Positions 51,180-64,000 of a DNA stretch of 64,000 nt are shown here, piece after piece. Position 1 is the stretch's first letter. The number at the start of each line of letters is the position of its first letter. Made by a program: the position numbers and the translations under genes. The notes under the pieces were generated by a model. That model was not told the origin of the DNA, searched no databases, and worked only from the letters and a program-made list of their open reading frames with translations. The DNA is from Octopus vulgaris (lineage: Eukaryota), in assembly GCA_951406725.2 (NCBI GenBank), contig OX597816.1, positions 117,862,001 to 117,926,000 of the forward strand, in the 5' to 3' direction.

Positions 51180-52325
51180 AGCTACACGCTGAAGCTTGAA
51201 ACTGCTAGAGATACCTATGTAACCCATAATTTCTTAGTGGATGACTTGGATATCTATGCTAAACATGTTAACAAAGCCAAAAATCTAGCTAGATTTAATA
51301 ACATGTAATTACTCTAAACAATTGCAGCAAAAAGCGAAGAGAACAACATCCTACGAGTCAGCAGTGAACTTCTCGGGAAAATCCTTTCCTGACTATTTGT
51401 CATACAACCTCAAAACCACTGACTAACATACTTCAAAGATCTTGATGTGAAACGCTCAGTAATCAAAAAAGTAATACTATACACGGGCATTTCTCCAAGA
51501 CTTGATGGTGACAGTAATATCAACATGAAGCGCAGCCTCTCTTGGACTTGCGACCACGACATCATATTACACTTTGATGCTATTGCATTTGCAATCCAAG
51601 GGCTGGAGATTGCTACAAAATACCTAATAAACAAAAGTGACAGTGAAGTCCCAAAGTGCAATCAAAAATGTCAATTACATCATATTTCTGTAGGAGACAT
51701 CGCATACGAGTTCAGCAGCTGGCCAAAAAAGTAATCATGGTACTACTTTTTTCTAATGCGATGTGATAAGTCGTTAAAACAATATAGAATGCCCCCACTC
51801 CATAATAAAAAGACTGACTTCAGATGAATATAGAGACCCCACCCAGTTGTTGAATATCTACATAATCATCAACTCAAGGAATATTGGTGGAACAGTCACC
51901 ATTAAAACGTCTCCCAAGTTCAAGCATATCGTTGTTTGGGACAGAAGAGAAAGAGCATGCACTGTCATGGAGGTCAGCTTCCCTGCAAATGTGAATATGT
52001 CTTCGAACGCAAGGAGAAAGAGGATAATCACGGAAAATTTCTTCGAAACCCTCAATTTCTGTATGATGATCAAATATTCACTTATATACCAATGATATTT
52101 GTTGCCCTTCGTTTTGTGAATAAATGCCTAAGTTATAATCTGGGAAAACTAGGGTTGTTAAAAATAGATCAAACAGCTGACATCTACATTACAAGTACAA
52201 TCTTTAGGCAAAATAGTAAAAATATACAATACTTTTCTCAAGCTGAATATATATGGTTTTTGGAGTTTTGTATCTTTGTTAGAAACCAGCAGCTTCTTTT
52301 CAGGAAGAATTCAAACAATTAAAAA
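51180..52325 (+). mobile_element. R4/Dong-like RLE-LINE relic
   Basis: VTHNFLVDDLDIYA (RT), AFAIQGLEIATKYL and KHIVVWDR...VMEVSFPANVN (PD-(D/E)xK-like); many frameshifts. Confidence 0.65.
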
Positions 52326-52390
52326 TACAAGAGAACGTACATACATAAGTACATACATACATACATACATACATACATACATACATACAT

Positions 52391-52597
52391 ACATACATAC
52401 ATACATAAATACCATGATAGATCGCTAGCCAATACACATTCTTTATTTTCTCCCTTTGTTTCTTTCTGTGTTCCTTTCTGTGGAAGAGCGTAGGCTCGAA
52501 ACGTTAAAGACTTTTTTACTTCCCGAGCGTTAAACTAATACATCTGTTTGTTGTCTACACCACATGTCTTCGTTCTTTTTTTTGTGAATTCTCCCCA
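52391..52597 (+). mobile_element. Penelope-like 3' terminus with a degenerate minimal HHR
   Basis: CTTT-CTGTGGAA-GAGC-gtag-GCTC-GAAACGTT-AAAG at 52474-52509; ends in (TA)n. Confidence 0.55.
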
Positions 52598-52690
52598 TAT
52601 ATATATATATATATATATACATACATACATATATACACATATATATACAGAGTAACAGTTTTTGTTGAATTTTCTGCTGCTTTAAATAAA

Positions 52691-52732
<42 letters not shown>

Positions 52733-52741
52733 TGTACAGAA

Positions 52742-52804
<63 letters not shown>

Positions 52805-53266
52805 CATATATATATATTTATATACATGTGTGTGTGAGAGATTTTTCTATTACAAAATATGTTTTGGTCACAAGATAAGTCAAATTTATGCACTAAAACT
52901 TTTTCTCATACAAAAACCTCCATGTACCAAGTGATCATTTCCCTACTTATTTTCTTTTTTCGTTCTGCATGTAAAACTCACCTTGTTAAAACACACTAAT
53001 ATATTTTTCATTAAAACTATAATACAAAAACATCCATTATGTGAAAACATTTTTTGTATTTTTACATTCATACAGACATACATGCCTACACACACACACA
53101 CACATGCACACACACACACACAAACGCACATGCATACATACATTGAAAAAAACTATTTCTGTTAAAGATAAATAAAATTTAACTTATTTATGCAAAAAAT
53201 ATATGTTTAAAAATGAACGTAGTTCAACCTTTTCTCTTTATTTTTCCTATATATACTGTAACTTGT

Positions 53267-53640
53267 AGGCGTGGCTGTGTGGTAAGAAGTTTACTTCCGA
53301 ACCACATGGTTTCGGGTTCAGTCACACTGCATGGTATCTTGGGAAAGTGTTTTCTACTTCATCCTCGGGCGGGCCAAAGCCTTGTACGTAGACTTAGTAG
53401 CCGAAAACTGAAAAAATCCCGTCGTATGTATGTGTGTTTGTGCTTGTGCCCTACCGCCGCTTGGCAACCGGTGTTGGTGTGTTTACGTCTCCGTAAATTA
53501 GTGGTTTGGAAAAAGTGACCTATAGAATAAGTACCAGACTTATAAATAATATGTACTGGGGTCAATTAGTTCGACTAAACTTCTGCAAGGCGGTGCCTCA
53601 GCATGACCACAGTCTAATAATGACTGAAACAAGTAAAAGA
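53267..53640 (+). mobile_element. SINE family A
   Basis: Head to tail recognisable. Confidence 0.85.
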
Positions 53641-53716
53641 TTAAAGGATTATTCAGGTTGGCAGAATTGTTAGCATAATTGACAAAATGCTTAGAGGCAT
53701 TTCGTCTGTCTTTACT

Positions 53717-54075
53717 TCTGAGTTCAAATTACACTGAGGCGTGGCTGTGTGGTAAGAAGCTTGCTTCCCGACCACATGGTCCCGTGTTCAGTCCCACTGT
53801 GTGGCACCTTGGGCAAATGTCTTCTACTATAGCCACGAGCCGATTAAAGCCTTGTGAGTGGATTTGGTAGCACATAGTGTATATGTATATTTATAAATAT
53901 ATATGAACATGAACTTTATATATGTTTGTGCTCATCACCATCGCTTGACAACCGAAGTTGATGTGTTTACGTCACCGTAACCTAGCGGTTCAGCAAAAGA
54001 GTCGATAGAATAAGTACTAGGCTTATAAAGAATAAGTCGATTTCTTTAAGGCGGTGCAGTCAAACTGAAACAAGC
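53717..54075 (+). mobile_element. SINE family A directly after a family B head fragment (53655-53716)
   Basis: GGCGTGGCTGTGTGGTAAG follows CTGAGTTCAAATTAC. Confidence 0.8.
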
Positions 54076-54090
54076 AACCGTTATAAAAAA

Positions 54091-54091
<1 letters not shown>

Positions 54092-54168
<77 letters not shown>

Positions 54169-54169
54169 A

Positions 54170-54205
<36 letters not shown>

Positions 54206-54304
54206 TGTATGTATGTATGTATGTATGTATGTATGTATGTATGTATGTATGTATGTATGTATGTATGTATGTATGTATGTATGTATGTATGTATGTATGT
54301 AGTG

Positions 54305-54343
<39 letters not shown>

Positions 54344-54435
54344 ATGTATGTATGTATGTATGTGTGTGTGTGTGTGCGTGTGTGTATGTATGTATGTATG
54401 TATGTATGTAGACACACACGCACACACTCACACAC
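54092..54435. repeat. (TA)n/(TATG)n/(TG)n compound microsatellite, representative of dozens in the window
   Basis: Visible directly. Confidence 0.95.
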
Positions 54436-54439
54436 TAGC

Positions 54440-54745
54440 TCTCCATCGGTTGCGACGAGGGTTCCTGTTGATCCCATCCACGGAACAGCCTGCACGAGTA
54501 ATTAACGCGTAAGTGGATGAGCACTCCACAGACACGAGTACCCTTAACACAGTTCACAAGGAGATTCAGTGTAGCAAAGTATGACAATACCGGCCCTTTT
54601 GAAATACAGGTATAACTCATTTTGCCAGCTGAGTGGACTGGAGCAACGTGAAATGAAGTGACTTGCACAAGGACACAACGCGTAGCAGGGAATCGAACTC
54701 AGGAACTTACGATCATGAGCCGAATACCCTAACCACTAAGCCACA
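54440..54745 (-). mobile_element. SINE family D (tRNA-derived)
   Basis: Minus strand A box GTGGCTTAGTGG, B box GAGTTCGATTCC, then GTGTCCTTGTGCAAGTCACTT. Confidence 0.8.
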
Positions 54746-56975
54746 TCTTCCGTTAGATTATCAAGTTCCTATATAAAAAATCCACTTGCCCTCTCTTACT
54801 TTCTCTCTCCCCATCTCCCCCCTCTCTCTCTCTCTCTGTTTCTCTCTCTCTCTCTCTAAAACTCTTCCAACAACAATACATCGTCGTATAGTGATGATAT
54901 CATCCATTAGTCGCCCTCACCCTTCCACATAACCAATAAACGCAAAAAAAGAAATGTTTTTAAAAAGGAAGAAAAACAGAAATCGCTATATGAAGATAAC
55001 AGCCTTTAATTACCTCTACGCATGAACAACAACCTTTTAAAACTTTTTAATCCGTTACAACGTTTAAACCTCATGACAATGAAGGGATGTTGTATATTAC
55101 ATATAGCGTGTTAGCTCAAATCAAATTATGGGGAAATGGGAATTCGAATATTAAGTCTTCTTGCGAGTCTAGGGCAAAGTCAGATTAAATAGCAGTATTC
55201 AAGTTTACTCATGAAAGAATATGTATGAAGCAATGCCTTTGTACGAAATACACAGCTTTATAGAAATGATTTTTAAATTTTTTTACGGCAGCTGTAATAG
55301 GGTCTTTTTGGTTCTAAGACATTCTCTCGACATTTGAGATTCCCAATATTGAAGATATAAAGATCACATCATAAAAATATTTCAGCACATGGAGTAAGGA
55401 CTTTGCTTATAGGAAGATAGAGATAAAAATCAGCAATAATTCATATTCGACGTTCTTCCGGTCGAGACAACTGATTCTCATAACGATTAAATTGGTAGTA
55501 AGACAATAGTTAAGGATTATCCTTAGCTAGGTGTAACTTTAATATCTGGATTTAAATAATTCTTATATATAGTAATGTATCATATGTGTGAGTGCGTGTG
55601 TGCATGTGTGTGTGTATGTCTATATGTGTATGTATGTATGTATATGTATGTATACGTGTGCAAGTGTCTCGTTGTTTCCTCCTGCTGGAGGCGAGGTAAG
55701 GCAACTACTGTGCTAATGCCGGCTATTGAGGTTAGAAGATTGCTTCCCGACCACTTTGTCCAGATCTACCCTCTTCTCTTCGGAGAATTAAACCGTCGAT
55801 TTTGGAGTAATTCGTGAGGTTATCTTTCCTTCACGTTAGCAGTTGCTGCCAATTTCTACTAAGTGATTAATCTACTCCCTCTGGAAGCGGAGAGAATTTT
55901 TATGAAACAAAAATTCATTTTTTCTTACATTTAATATACTTTTATTTGTTTTTGTTTCTCAAATACCTGCTACTGGCCCACGCTGGGTAACGTTTCTTTG
56001 CTCAGTTTCGTTTTATACGTGTGCGTGTTTTTATAGGTATATTTATATACATATGTATGTATGTATAAATATATGCGTGTGTGTATGTATATATATATAT
56101 ATATATATACGCGTGTGTGTGTTTTCGTATGTATATTATTTGTATACAAATAATTTGAAACAACGATGGCGGTAGGATAAATTTAGTAAAGCAATGAATG
56201 TATGACTGCGAGAGAGAGAGAGAGAAAGATAGAGTTAGCGATAGAAAGAGAGGAGAAAGAGAAACGTGAGGAGAATAAAGTCGTGGCATCCTTTCTCTCA
56301 AGTCAGCTTTGTCTAGCATTACTGATAAAGACTGGTTGAGTTTAGTCTAAATAACACTGAACTCTTAAAAGAGTGAGACCTAATAAAGCTCTTCTCCGAG
56401 GAAATCTAATAAGATCGAGCGACAAGTGTGCTGTAACAGAATTTTAAAAATAATATGTTTTCTATCCAGAATATACGATTCGTTTGTTGACACAAACTGG
56501 CATTTCTACCTGTGTGTTTGTTTTGACATGACACGCCACCTCTAGCCTTACAAGTTAGACAAAGTGTCATGATTCATCTAAAAATATAACATATCATTGA
56601 AGCTAAGCGTAGCACAATCACTGTTGATAGAGACTATGTTTTCACAATTTGCACAAGCTTGGTGCCATTAGTATTGGCAGACATCGTATATTGTTGCTAA
56701 AATCATGAATATAGTGACAATATTAAAAATAAAAATAAACTTAATGTCATTTCTGTATCATAAGATTTCCGTCGCTCACTGAAAGATACGAATATATTTC
56801 TACTGCCACAAATAAATTGTCATGCGTACATACAAAAGAAATGCTTTAATAGTTGATGCATCAACGCATACTCTTATATCGATTGACGTTGTAATAGCTG
56901 TATGAACTGTTCTGTTACTAACCTTGCTACCATTGCATAATCTAATCGGTCATCGTCAATTTCATGAATATATAT

Positions 56976-57129
56976 GGTCGTTCCTTCCCTAGCCATGCCT
57001 GGCTCATAAGGGCCGGTTTTCCGGTTTCTTGGCGTATAGGTTGCCCACCTGGACGGGACGCCGGTCCGTCGCAGGTGAGCTGCAAGATGCAGGAAGAAAG
57101 AGTGAGAGAAAGTTGTGGCGAAAGAGTCA
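56976..57129 (-). mobile_element. GC-rich SINE-like 3' fragment
   Basis: GCGACGGACCGGCGTCCCGTCCAGG on the minus strand resembles conserved SINE central or tail domains. Confidence 0.5.
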
Positions 57130-57150
57130 TATATATATATATATATATAA

Positions 57151-57181
<31 letters not shown>

Positions 57182-57209
57182 TGTATGTATATATATATGT
57201 GTGTGTGTA

Positions 57210-57254
<45 letters not shown>

Positions 57255-57256
<2 letters not shown>

Positions 57257-57440
57257 GTTTATCCCCCTACCATCGCTTGACAACCGATATTGATGTATTT
57301 ATGTCCCCTTAACCTAGCGGTTCGGCAAAAAAAGATGGAATAAGTACTAGGCTTACAAAGAATAAGTCCCGGGTCGATTTGTTTGGCTAAAGGCGGTGCT
57401 CCAGCATGGCCGCAGTTAAATGACTGAAACAAATAAAGAA
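57255..57440 (+). mobile_element. SINE family A, 3' half
   Basis: Tail GGCGGTGCTCCAGCATGGCCGCAGTTAAATGACTGAAAC. Confidence 0.85.
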
Positions 57441-57748
57441 AGAAAGGAAAAAATATATATATACATACGCACGTAAACATACATACATACATAATCACGC
57501 GCGTGCGCAAGCACACATGCACGCACACACACTCATGCACACACATATATATAAAGCAAAACATGAGAGACTGTTTTTAAGATAGGGCTAGGCTTGTACT
57601 CTCTGATGTATCTAAACTCCGGATTCAATGATGTGAGTACAATAATATGAACAGAATATGCATGAAATTCTAAATATATATTAGTCGTGCATTTTAAATT
57701 TCAAATTTCACTCTGCGTGTTTGTGTGTGTGTAAAACATGTTTTTGAA

Positions 57749-57798
<50 letters not shown>

Positions 57799-57799
57799 T

Positions 57800-58187
57800 A
57801 TTTTACTTGTTTCAGTCATTTGACTGTGGCCATACTGGAGTACCGCCTTTAGTCGAGCAAATCTACCCCAAGACTTACTCTTTGTAAGCCTAGTACTTAT
57901 TCTATCGCACTCTTTTGCCGAACCGCTAAGTTACGGGGACGTAAAGACACCAGCATCGGCTGTCAAGCGATGTTGGGGGGGAGGGCAAACACACATACAC
58001 ACACACACACACACATACGTACATATATACGACGGGCTCCTTTCAGTTTCCCTCTATCAAATTCACTCACAAGGCTTTGGTCGGCCCGAGGCTATAGTAG
58101 AAGATACTTGCCCAAAGTGCTACGCAGTGGGACTGAACCCGGAACCATGTAGTTGGTAAGCAAGCTACTTACCATACAGCCACTCCG
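57800..58187 (-). mobile_element. SINE family A, full length
   Basis: Reverse complement of the consensus. Confidence 0.88.
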
Positions 58188-58188
58188 A

Positions 58189-58274
<86 letters not shown>

Positions 58275-59184
58275 GAAAATATTGGTATCATATTTATTAT
58301 CCAATTACGATCGTTTCAATAGCAGTAGATATATCATTAAATATGCTGGAACAAATACAAGCAATGATTATAAAACTTCATGCAAGATTAAATGAAACAT
58401 AATCCCGTTATTTGATCAAGACCTTCGAACGATGTAATACGTTTGCACATGGATAGGCACCGTTATAAATGCAATCAGAGCGAGGGAATTTATTATAAAG
58501 AAAGGCACGTATTTTATTAGATAAAATCGATTGTGACGCCAAAGTCAAATCGCTTAAGCTGGAGAGTGCAGTAGGCTGTCTGAGCAGCGAGGAAGATTCA
58601 AATTCGGATAGCGATAAACACAATGATATTCACAAAAAGGCATTAGTTAGTGGGACTTTGTTTCCCAAGAGTAACATCAAAGAGACAAAGATGATAAGAA
58701 AGAAAGGGAGAAAGGAGAGAATGAGAGAGAGAAAGATTGAAAGAAGGAGATAGAAAATGTATAAGGATTACGAAGAATAGAAATACATAAAAATAAAAAG
58801 ATAGGAGTAAAAACGAAGCATTAAAGCGTAGAAGCGCTTATTAACGTCCCTTAAAATCCCAATTCAAGTCAAAGTTAAAATATAATACATTGATATAATA
58901 TAATAATATAGCAAAATATATTAATAGTAAAATTACAAAATTATTGTAATATACTGAATCAGTAAATAGTTGTACAAGAAACATAAAAATTAAAATGAGA
59001 ATCATTAACATAAATGGATGATGAATATTCCAAAAAGTGGTGAATACCATGAAAAAGGATAAGTTACAGGGTTATAAGTACGAAGCGAATAGAGGAGGAT
59101 AACGGGGGATGTTATATCTGCAATAATGTTATTTTGGCATTAAATTCATTATCATTTCTTCAACAGATGTCCAATAACTGCGTA

Positions 59185-60670
59185 CTAGGATCTGCAACTG
59201 CTAGAAACACAAATGTAACCCATAATTTCGTTGTGATGATCTGAAAATCCAAGTTAAAAATCTAAACAACCCCTCCCCCCGCCAAAAAAACCCCCCAAAA
59301 AACAGCTGGAGTTAACAATATTTTCAACTCAAATAAAAAATTGAATTTAGGCAAAAGAAATTTTTGAAAATCATCCCCCAAACACAGAATGGCGCTCTGT
59401 TAGTTCCATTTCACAAAAAGAATGCTACAAATGCTTAAGCGTTGATGAAAATATATGATACGAAGAAGCTGTGAATAAAGATGAGTGACCCGAGGATATT
59501 ATACTAAGCTTAGTAAAATAGAACAGTCGGAGCTCTCATCTTAAAACACGACAATACCAGTGCCAGTGCCAATTCCAACATTTGGGTATTTGACTGGTCT
59601 GTAGAGGAAATCCACTCAGATATTAAAACCTGCAAGATTCTGATATCAACCGAAAACTTCCACAGAAACAGTAATATCGACAGGCTCTACCTAAGAATAG
59701 ATGAAAGAGATTGAGGCTTCAGAACAGTGCAGACAGCCTTTGAATGTATCATTATCTTTTAGACAGCGCCTATTAAACAAATGCTGCCAAAATAAATATA
59801 TAAACCTAATATTGAGAAGCGAAGGGGATAATTTCATACGAGTTGGCGGTGAAGCCCTCAAAAGTACCCTCTTCCTACACTACCCCTACACAACCCCAAA
59901 ACACCTGAACTAACATACGTCAAAGAAGATCTGTGAAACGCTCAGCTTACCAAGAATGACTTTGCAGAGATAAGTTTCCCGAAGACAGTAAATGTAGCCT
60001 CTTTTGGATTTGTGGCACTATATCATATTACGCTTCGAAGGCTATGCATTTGCAATCCAAGAACACAAGATTGCTGGTGCAACCGAAAATGTTGATTATG
60101 TCATATTTCTGTAAAAGACATTGCACATGTTTTCAGCAACTACCTAAAAATATAATTCAGGTACTACTTTCCAATGCTAAAACAATATACAGTGCCATCC
60201 GAAGAAAAAAACTGTCTTGGAATAAATATAGAGAACCCCACTTTATCAAATACATACATTAACATCAGCACAAAGAATATTGGTGCAACATTCCCATTAA
60301 ACCTTCTATCAAGTGCAAGCATAACAGACCGGATGTTGTTGTTTGGAACAGACAAGTATCGTCATAGAGGCTAATTGTCCTGTTGATGTGAATATCTCTT
60401 CGAAAATCGAAGAGAAAAAGGATAACTACGAAGAACTATTACTAAAATCCACATTTATACAAATAATAAGTGGTGCACATACATCACAATCTGGATAAGC
60501 AGGGGTTTTCAGAAAACACACATTACAAAGAACTGCTAGCGGAACAGAAAAGAATAAGCAAAACTTTTCTCAAGTTCAAAATGTGAATTTGTTTTTCTTA
60601 TCCACTTTCTAACGATAGAGCTTTGTGTCTTTTTTAGAAACCGGCTCCTTTCTTACAGGAATATTTCATA
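59185..60670 (+). mobile_element. R4/Dong-like RLE-LINE relic
   Basis: VTHNFV.DDLKI, EGYAFAIQEHKIA and HNRPDVVVW; colinear with 51180-52325. Confidence 0.65.
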
Positions 60671-61205
60671 AAAAGAAGAGAAACATACATACATGCATAC
60701 ATACATATATAAATACATACATACATGCATACATACATACATACATACATACATAAATACATACATACATACATACATACATACATAAATACATTCACGC
60801 ATACATGTATGTATGTATGTATGTATGTATATATGTTTATGAATAGTATGCATAAATATATTTTTAATGCAGAATATACTGAAATGCTATTTCAGAAAAA
60901 ATAGTATATCTCTATTTTTTTAAACTCAAGACAATATATTTTGTATTTTACCACAATGTCAATAATTTTCTTTATTCAGGTATACTTTATTTTGTAAATG
61001 TACTTCGAAGTTTGCCGAAAATTTAAAACTTTCATATCATCATGATAAGTATTTCGTATAAGAACTATCAAGCTTGCTTTTAAATGTCCAATTATATACC
61101 GCTTCCAGTTGCATACGGGTAATTTAATATAACTGTTTACAATTTTGTTAACAATTTTTTATATGCACATTTACACTCACACACACACACACACACACGC
61201 ACACA

Positions 61206-61239
<34 letters not shown>

Positions 61240-61827
61240 TGCATACACGCATAGGAGGGACAGGTACAGCTATTCTGTTGTAGGTTAATGAAATTTGATG
61301 AGCACAACAACGATATTGCTTAAGGGGGAGGGGGAAAGAAATACTCCATTTTATTTAAAGCATTATTTTGCAACCAAGTGGGAAGTTCTGGAAAGTAATG
61401 ATAAATGGAAATATGAAGAAAATAGCACAAAACACACAAATAATAACGAAATGCATTAGTATAAGATAATAGCTGAATATATTATGCATTCATACATATA
61501 TATATATGCATGCGCGTATATGGTTGAGACCATATCGATGATATGATGAATGATGACTATGAATACACGTACACACACACACGCAAACACGCACACACAT
61601 GCATACATAACCGTACATATATTTGCATGTACATATACATGCATACACACACACAGGTTTATAGCTAGTAATGTGTTTGCAAGTGCGATACGGTGGTAAT
61701 GCAACGAGCTTAGTAAAAAGAACCCAACAACATATGTAGAGTGTGTGTGTATATGCGTGTGTATGCGTGTGTATGCGTGTGTGTATATATACATATAGTA
61801 CACACACACACACACACACACGCATAT

Positions 61828-61930
61828 AGGCGCTGGAGTGGCTGTGCGGTAAGTAGCTTGCTTACCAACCACATTGTTCCGGGTTCAGTCCCACTGCGTG
61901 GTACCTTGGGCAAGTGTCTTCTATTATATT
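61828..61930 (+). mobile_element. SINE family A, head fragment
   Basis: GGCGCTGGAGTGGCTGTGCGGTAAGTAGC...CCTTGGGCAAGTGTCTT. Confidence 0.85.
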
Positions 61931-62810
61931 CCGCACGTTCTCTAACCTCTTACAGCTCAAGCTTACTTATGGTATAAATTTCCTTAAAAATTCAGATAGG
62001 AATTCACTTTTCTCACATAAAAGGAAAACCTTACATAGAGTAGATACTGAGACATACGAAATGGTGAATGCAACACAAAAGCCGTGTCCAACGGAGCAGG
62101 GACGTTTTCGTTCAATAATAGCAGAGTGACGCATACAGAAGTATGTCCAAGGATGAACAATCGCAGATATTTTAGAATTCACGAAAAGTGCAACTTCACA
62201 AAGCTAACGAGCTATATAAGACGACTAAGAGAGGAAGTAACGCCGTAGAAAATCAACAGGAAGTTGCTGGAAGGAACTGGACAATACCTGAATGGAAGTA
62301 GGCGTTACAAACTTTACTTGGAGGAGAGAAAAGTCGTTCTAAAAGGTCCTCGCGATCCGGATGCTTTCCTGAATTAAAAAAAGTGAGGAATTCATGTGAT
62401 GCTTTTATGAGCAGAAATTCATTTTAGCAACGTGGTTGTGCCAGTTTTTGGACTAGGGAATGACATGCACACTCACACAATTGACACACTTCAACCATGT
62501 TTGGTATCAATCTTTTTTTCTCGTTAAGTGTTATGATGTTTCAGTTTCGTTCAGGTTCTTTCTAACAACGCCGAGCCAAACAATGTCTATATATACCCCC
62601 AATATAAGAGAGGTTATGTGCTTCCCACCACCATGTTCTGCAGAATTGTCAATATTCCCAAGTGCAATAGTTGCCGCGAAACCGATGGTTACATTCTAGC
62701 CAGTTATATTGCCACAACTAGTAATATATTGTTCGACAATACATAGAAATATGACTGCTCCATTACACTTATTGAATGTGCTTTTTCTGACTATGGACAG
62801 CTAGTTGATA

Positions 62811-62866
<56 letters not shown>

Positions 62867-63049
62867 CGCACATACATATCTGCATGCCTTTATATAGCGT
62901 TGAAACTAGCACGTTGGTATAAGGCACCTATTTTTACACGAAATGAAACTTAACCTTTGTCATTAATTCGACCTTAGTGAAAAGGCTAGTTATTTTCTTC
63001 GGAGAAACACTTGTTTAACAATGTTGTAGAAGTAATCAAACGGCAAAAT

Positions 63050-64000
63050 TAAACTGGCAAATAAAACTTGAATTATAATCAGGTACACCATGACATGACA
63101 AGAAAGCGGGGGTCTGCTATCATAGGTTACAGAATTGCCAAGAGAAAATTTAGAAGTGTTTTGGACGAAATCAAGATCTGTTCCACTGAAAAGTTACACG
63201 AAGGTGGTGAAAAATTACTAGAATGTCTAATGACTCAACTTCTTATATGTTAGTTCGTAGTAGCTGCATCATCAGCAAGTTGTGTTCATTGAGAAAATGT
63301 ATGCTGCTCTACTTTGCGAAACATCAAAATTGTACAGTAAATAATACTGTCAACATTCCAATAAATTCTGCTCTTGAGAAAATTACTAAAAACATGAACC
63401 ACGACCTAATAATCAACAATAACATAGAACAGAACTTCACCTATTACAAGCACATGCAGTAGTTACTGATGAACAAGTAGAAATGAGTGAAGGACACAAA
63501 CAACTCAAAACACAGAGCAAGATTTAAGGAAAACGTCATTATTTTTATCAACAGAATGGAAGGACAATAACACAAGTCGATAGGAAAACTACTGATCAAT
63601 AAAGTTACAAAAAAACAGACAGCAAAAATTGGAGCTTCCAGTCATGCTGTATCGTGTTTCAATTTCCATTTGCCAACAGAAGGGAGAAACTGAAATCGAT
63701 TGAAATTATAACAGACTGCTTAAATGGATCACAGTTCATTGAGAATTACGGGAAGATGTCGGACAGATGGATACTATTATTAGATGTAGAGTGAATAATG
63801 AATTCACCAATCACTGACTATGAATTTAAAATTGTCAATGAAACATTTAAGGAAATTAACGGTTTGAGATACTTGCAGATTAATTAATTGTTCTTGATCA
63901 CGACCTTTGACATCGTAGAATGTTACAATAATGTTGGACTATCTGTAAGTTTCCATGAAACTGCAAACTGTACGTTACATCATAAAGAGCCATATCATCA
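63050..64000 (+). mobile_element. highly decayed LINE-like (possibly RTE) relic
   Basis: Weak motifs only (ALEKITK..HDLII, INGLRY, VGLSV); runs off the window edge. Confidence 0.25.

Noticed and set aside
54670-54745. tRNA-like sequence (also the heads of SINE A and B)
   Set aside because: Continues into a SINE body and lacks a clean cloverleaf; a SINE head rather than a tRNA gene

Overview
AT-rich, repeat-dominated eukaryotic DNA. The density of (TA)n, (CA)n, (TACA)n and (GATA)n tracts and the SINE families point to an octopus or other coleoid cephalopod genome; this is inference. I find no credible host protein-coding exon, and almost all listed ORFs are microsatellite artefacts. Mobile elements: one young CR1/L2-group LINE (about 23468-26913) whose ORF2 is broken by a single TGA, older LINE relics, and a Penelope-like RT fragment. 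There are also R4/Dong-like RLE-LINE relics, a zinc-knuckle ORF1 relic, mariner and pogo transposase relics, a non-autonomous Helitron and many copies of three or four tRNA-derived SINE families. The most notable signal is a set of hammerhead ribozyme (HHR) motifs read directly from the sequence. Cores are intact at 3611-3680 and 27020-27080, in both arms of a 2.46-kb near-perfect palindrome (6109-8567), and in both copies of a 482-bp-period direct repeat (36723-37478) that resembles a retrozyme or Penelope pLTR tandem; several degenerate cores also occur. The main SINE shares a 39-nt 3' tail with the LINE, including a covarying hairpin. All structures were folded by eye and none has been verified computationally.
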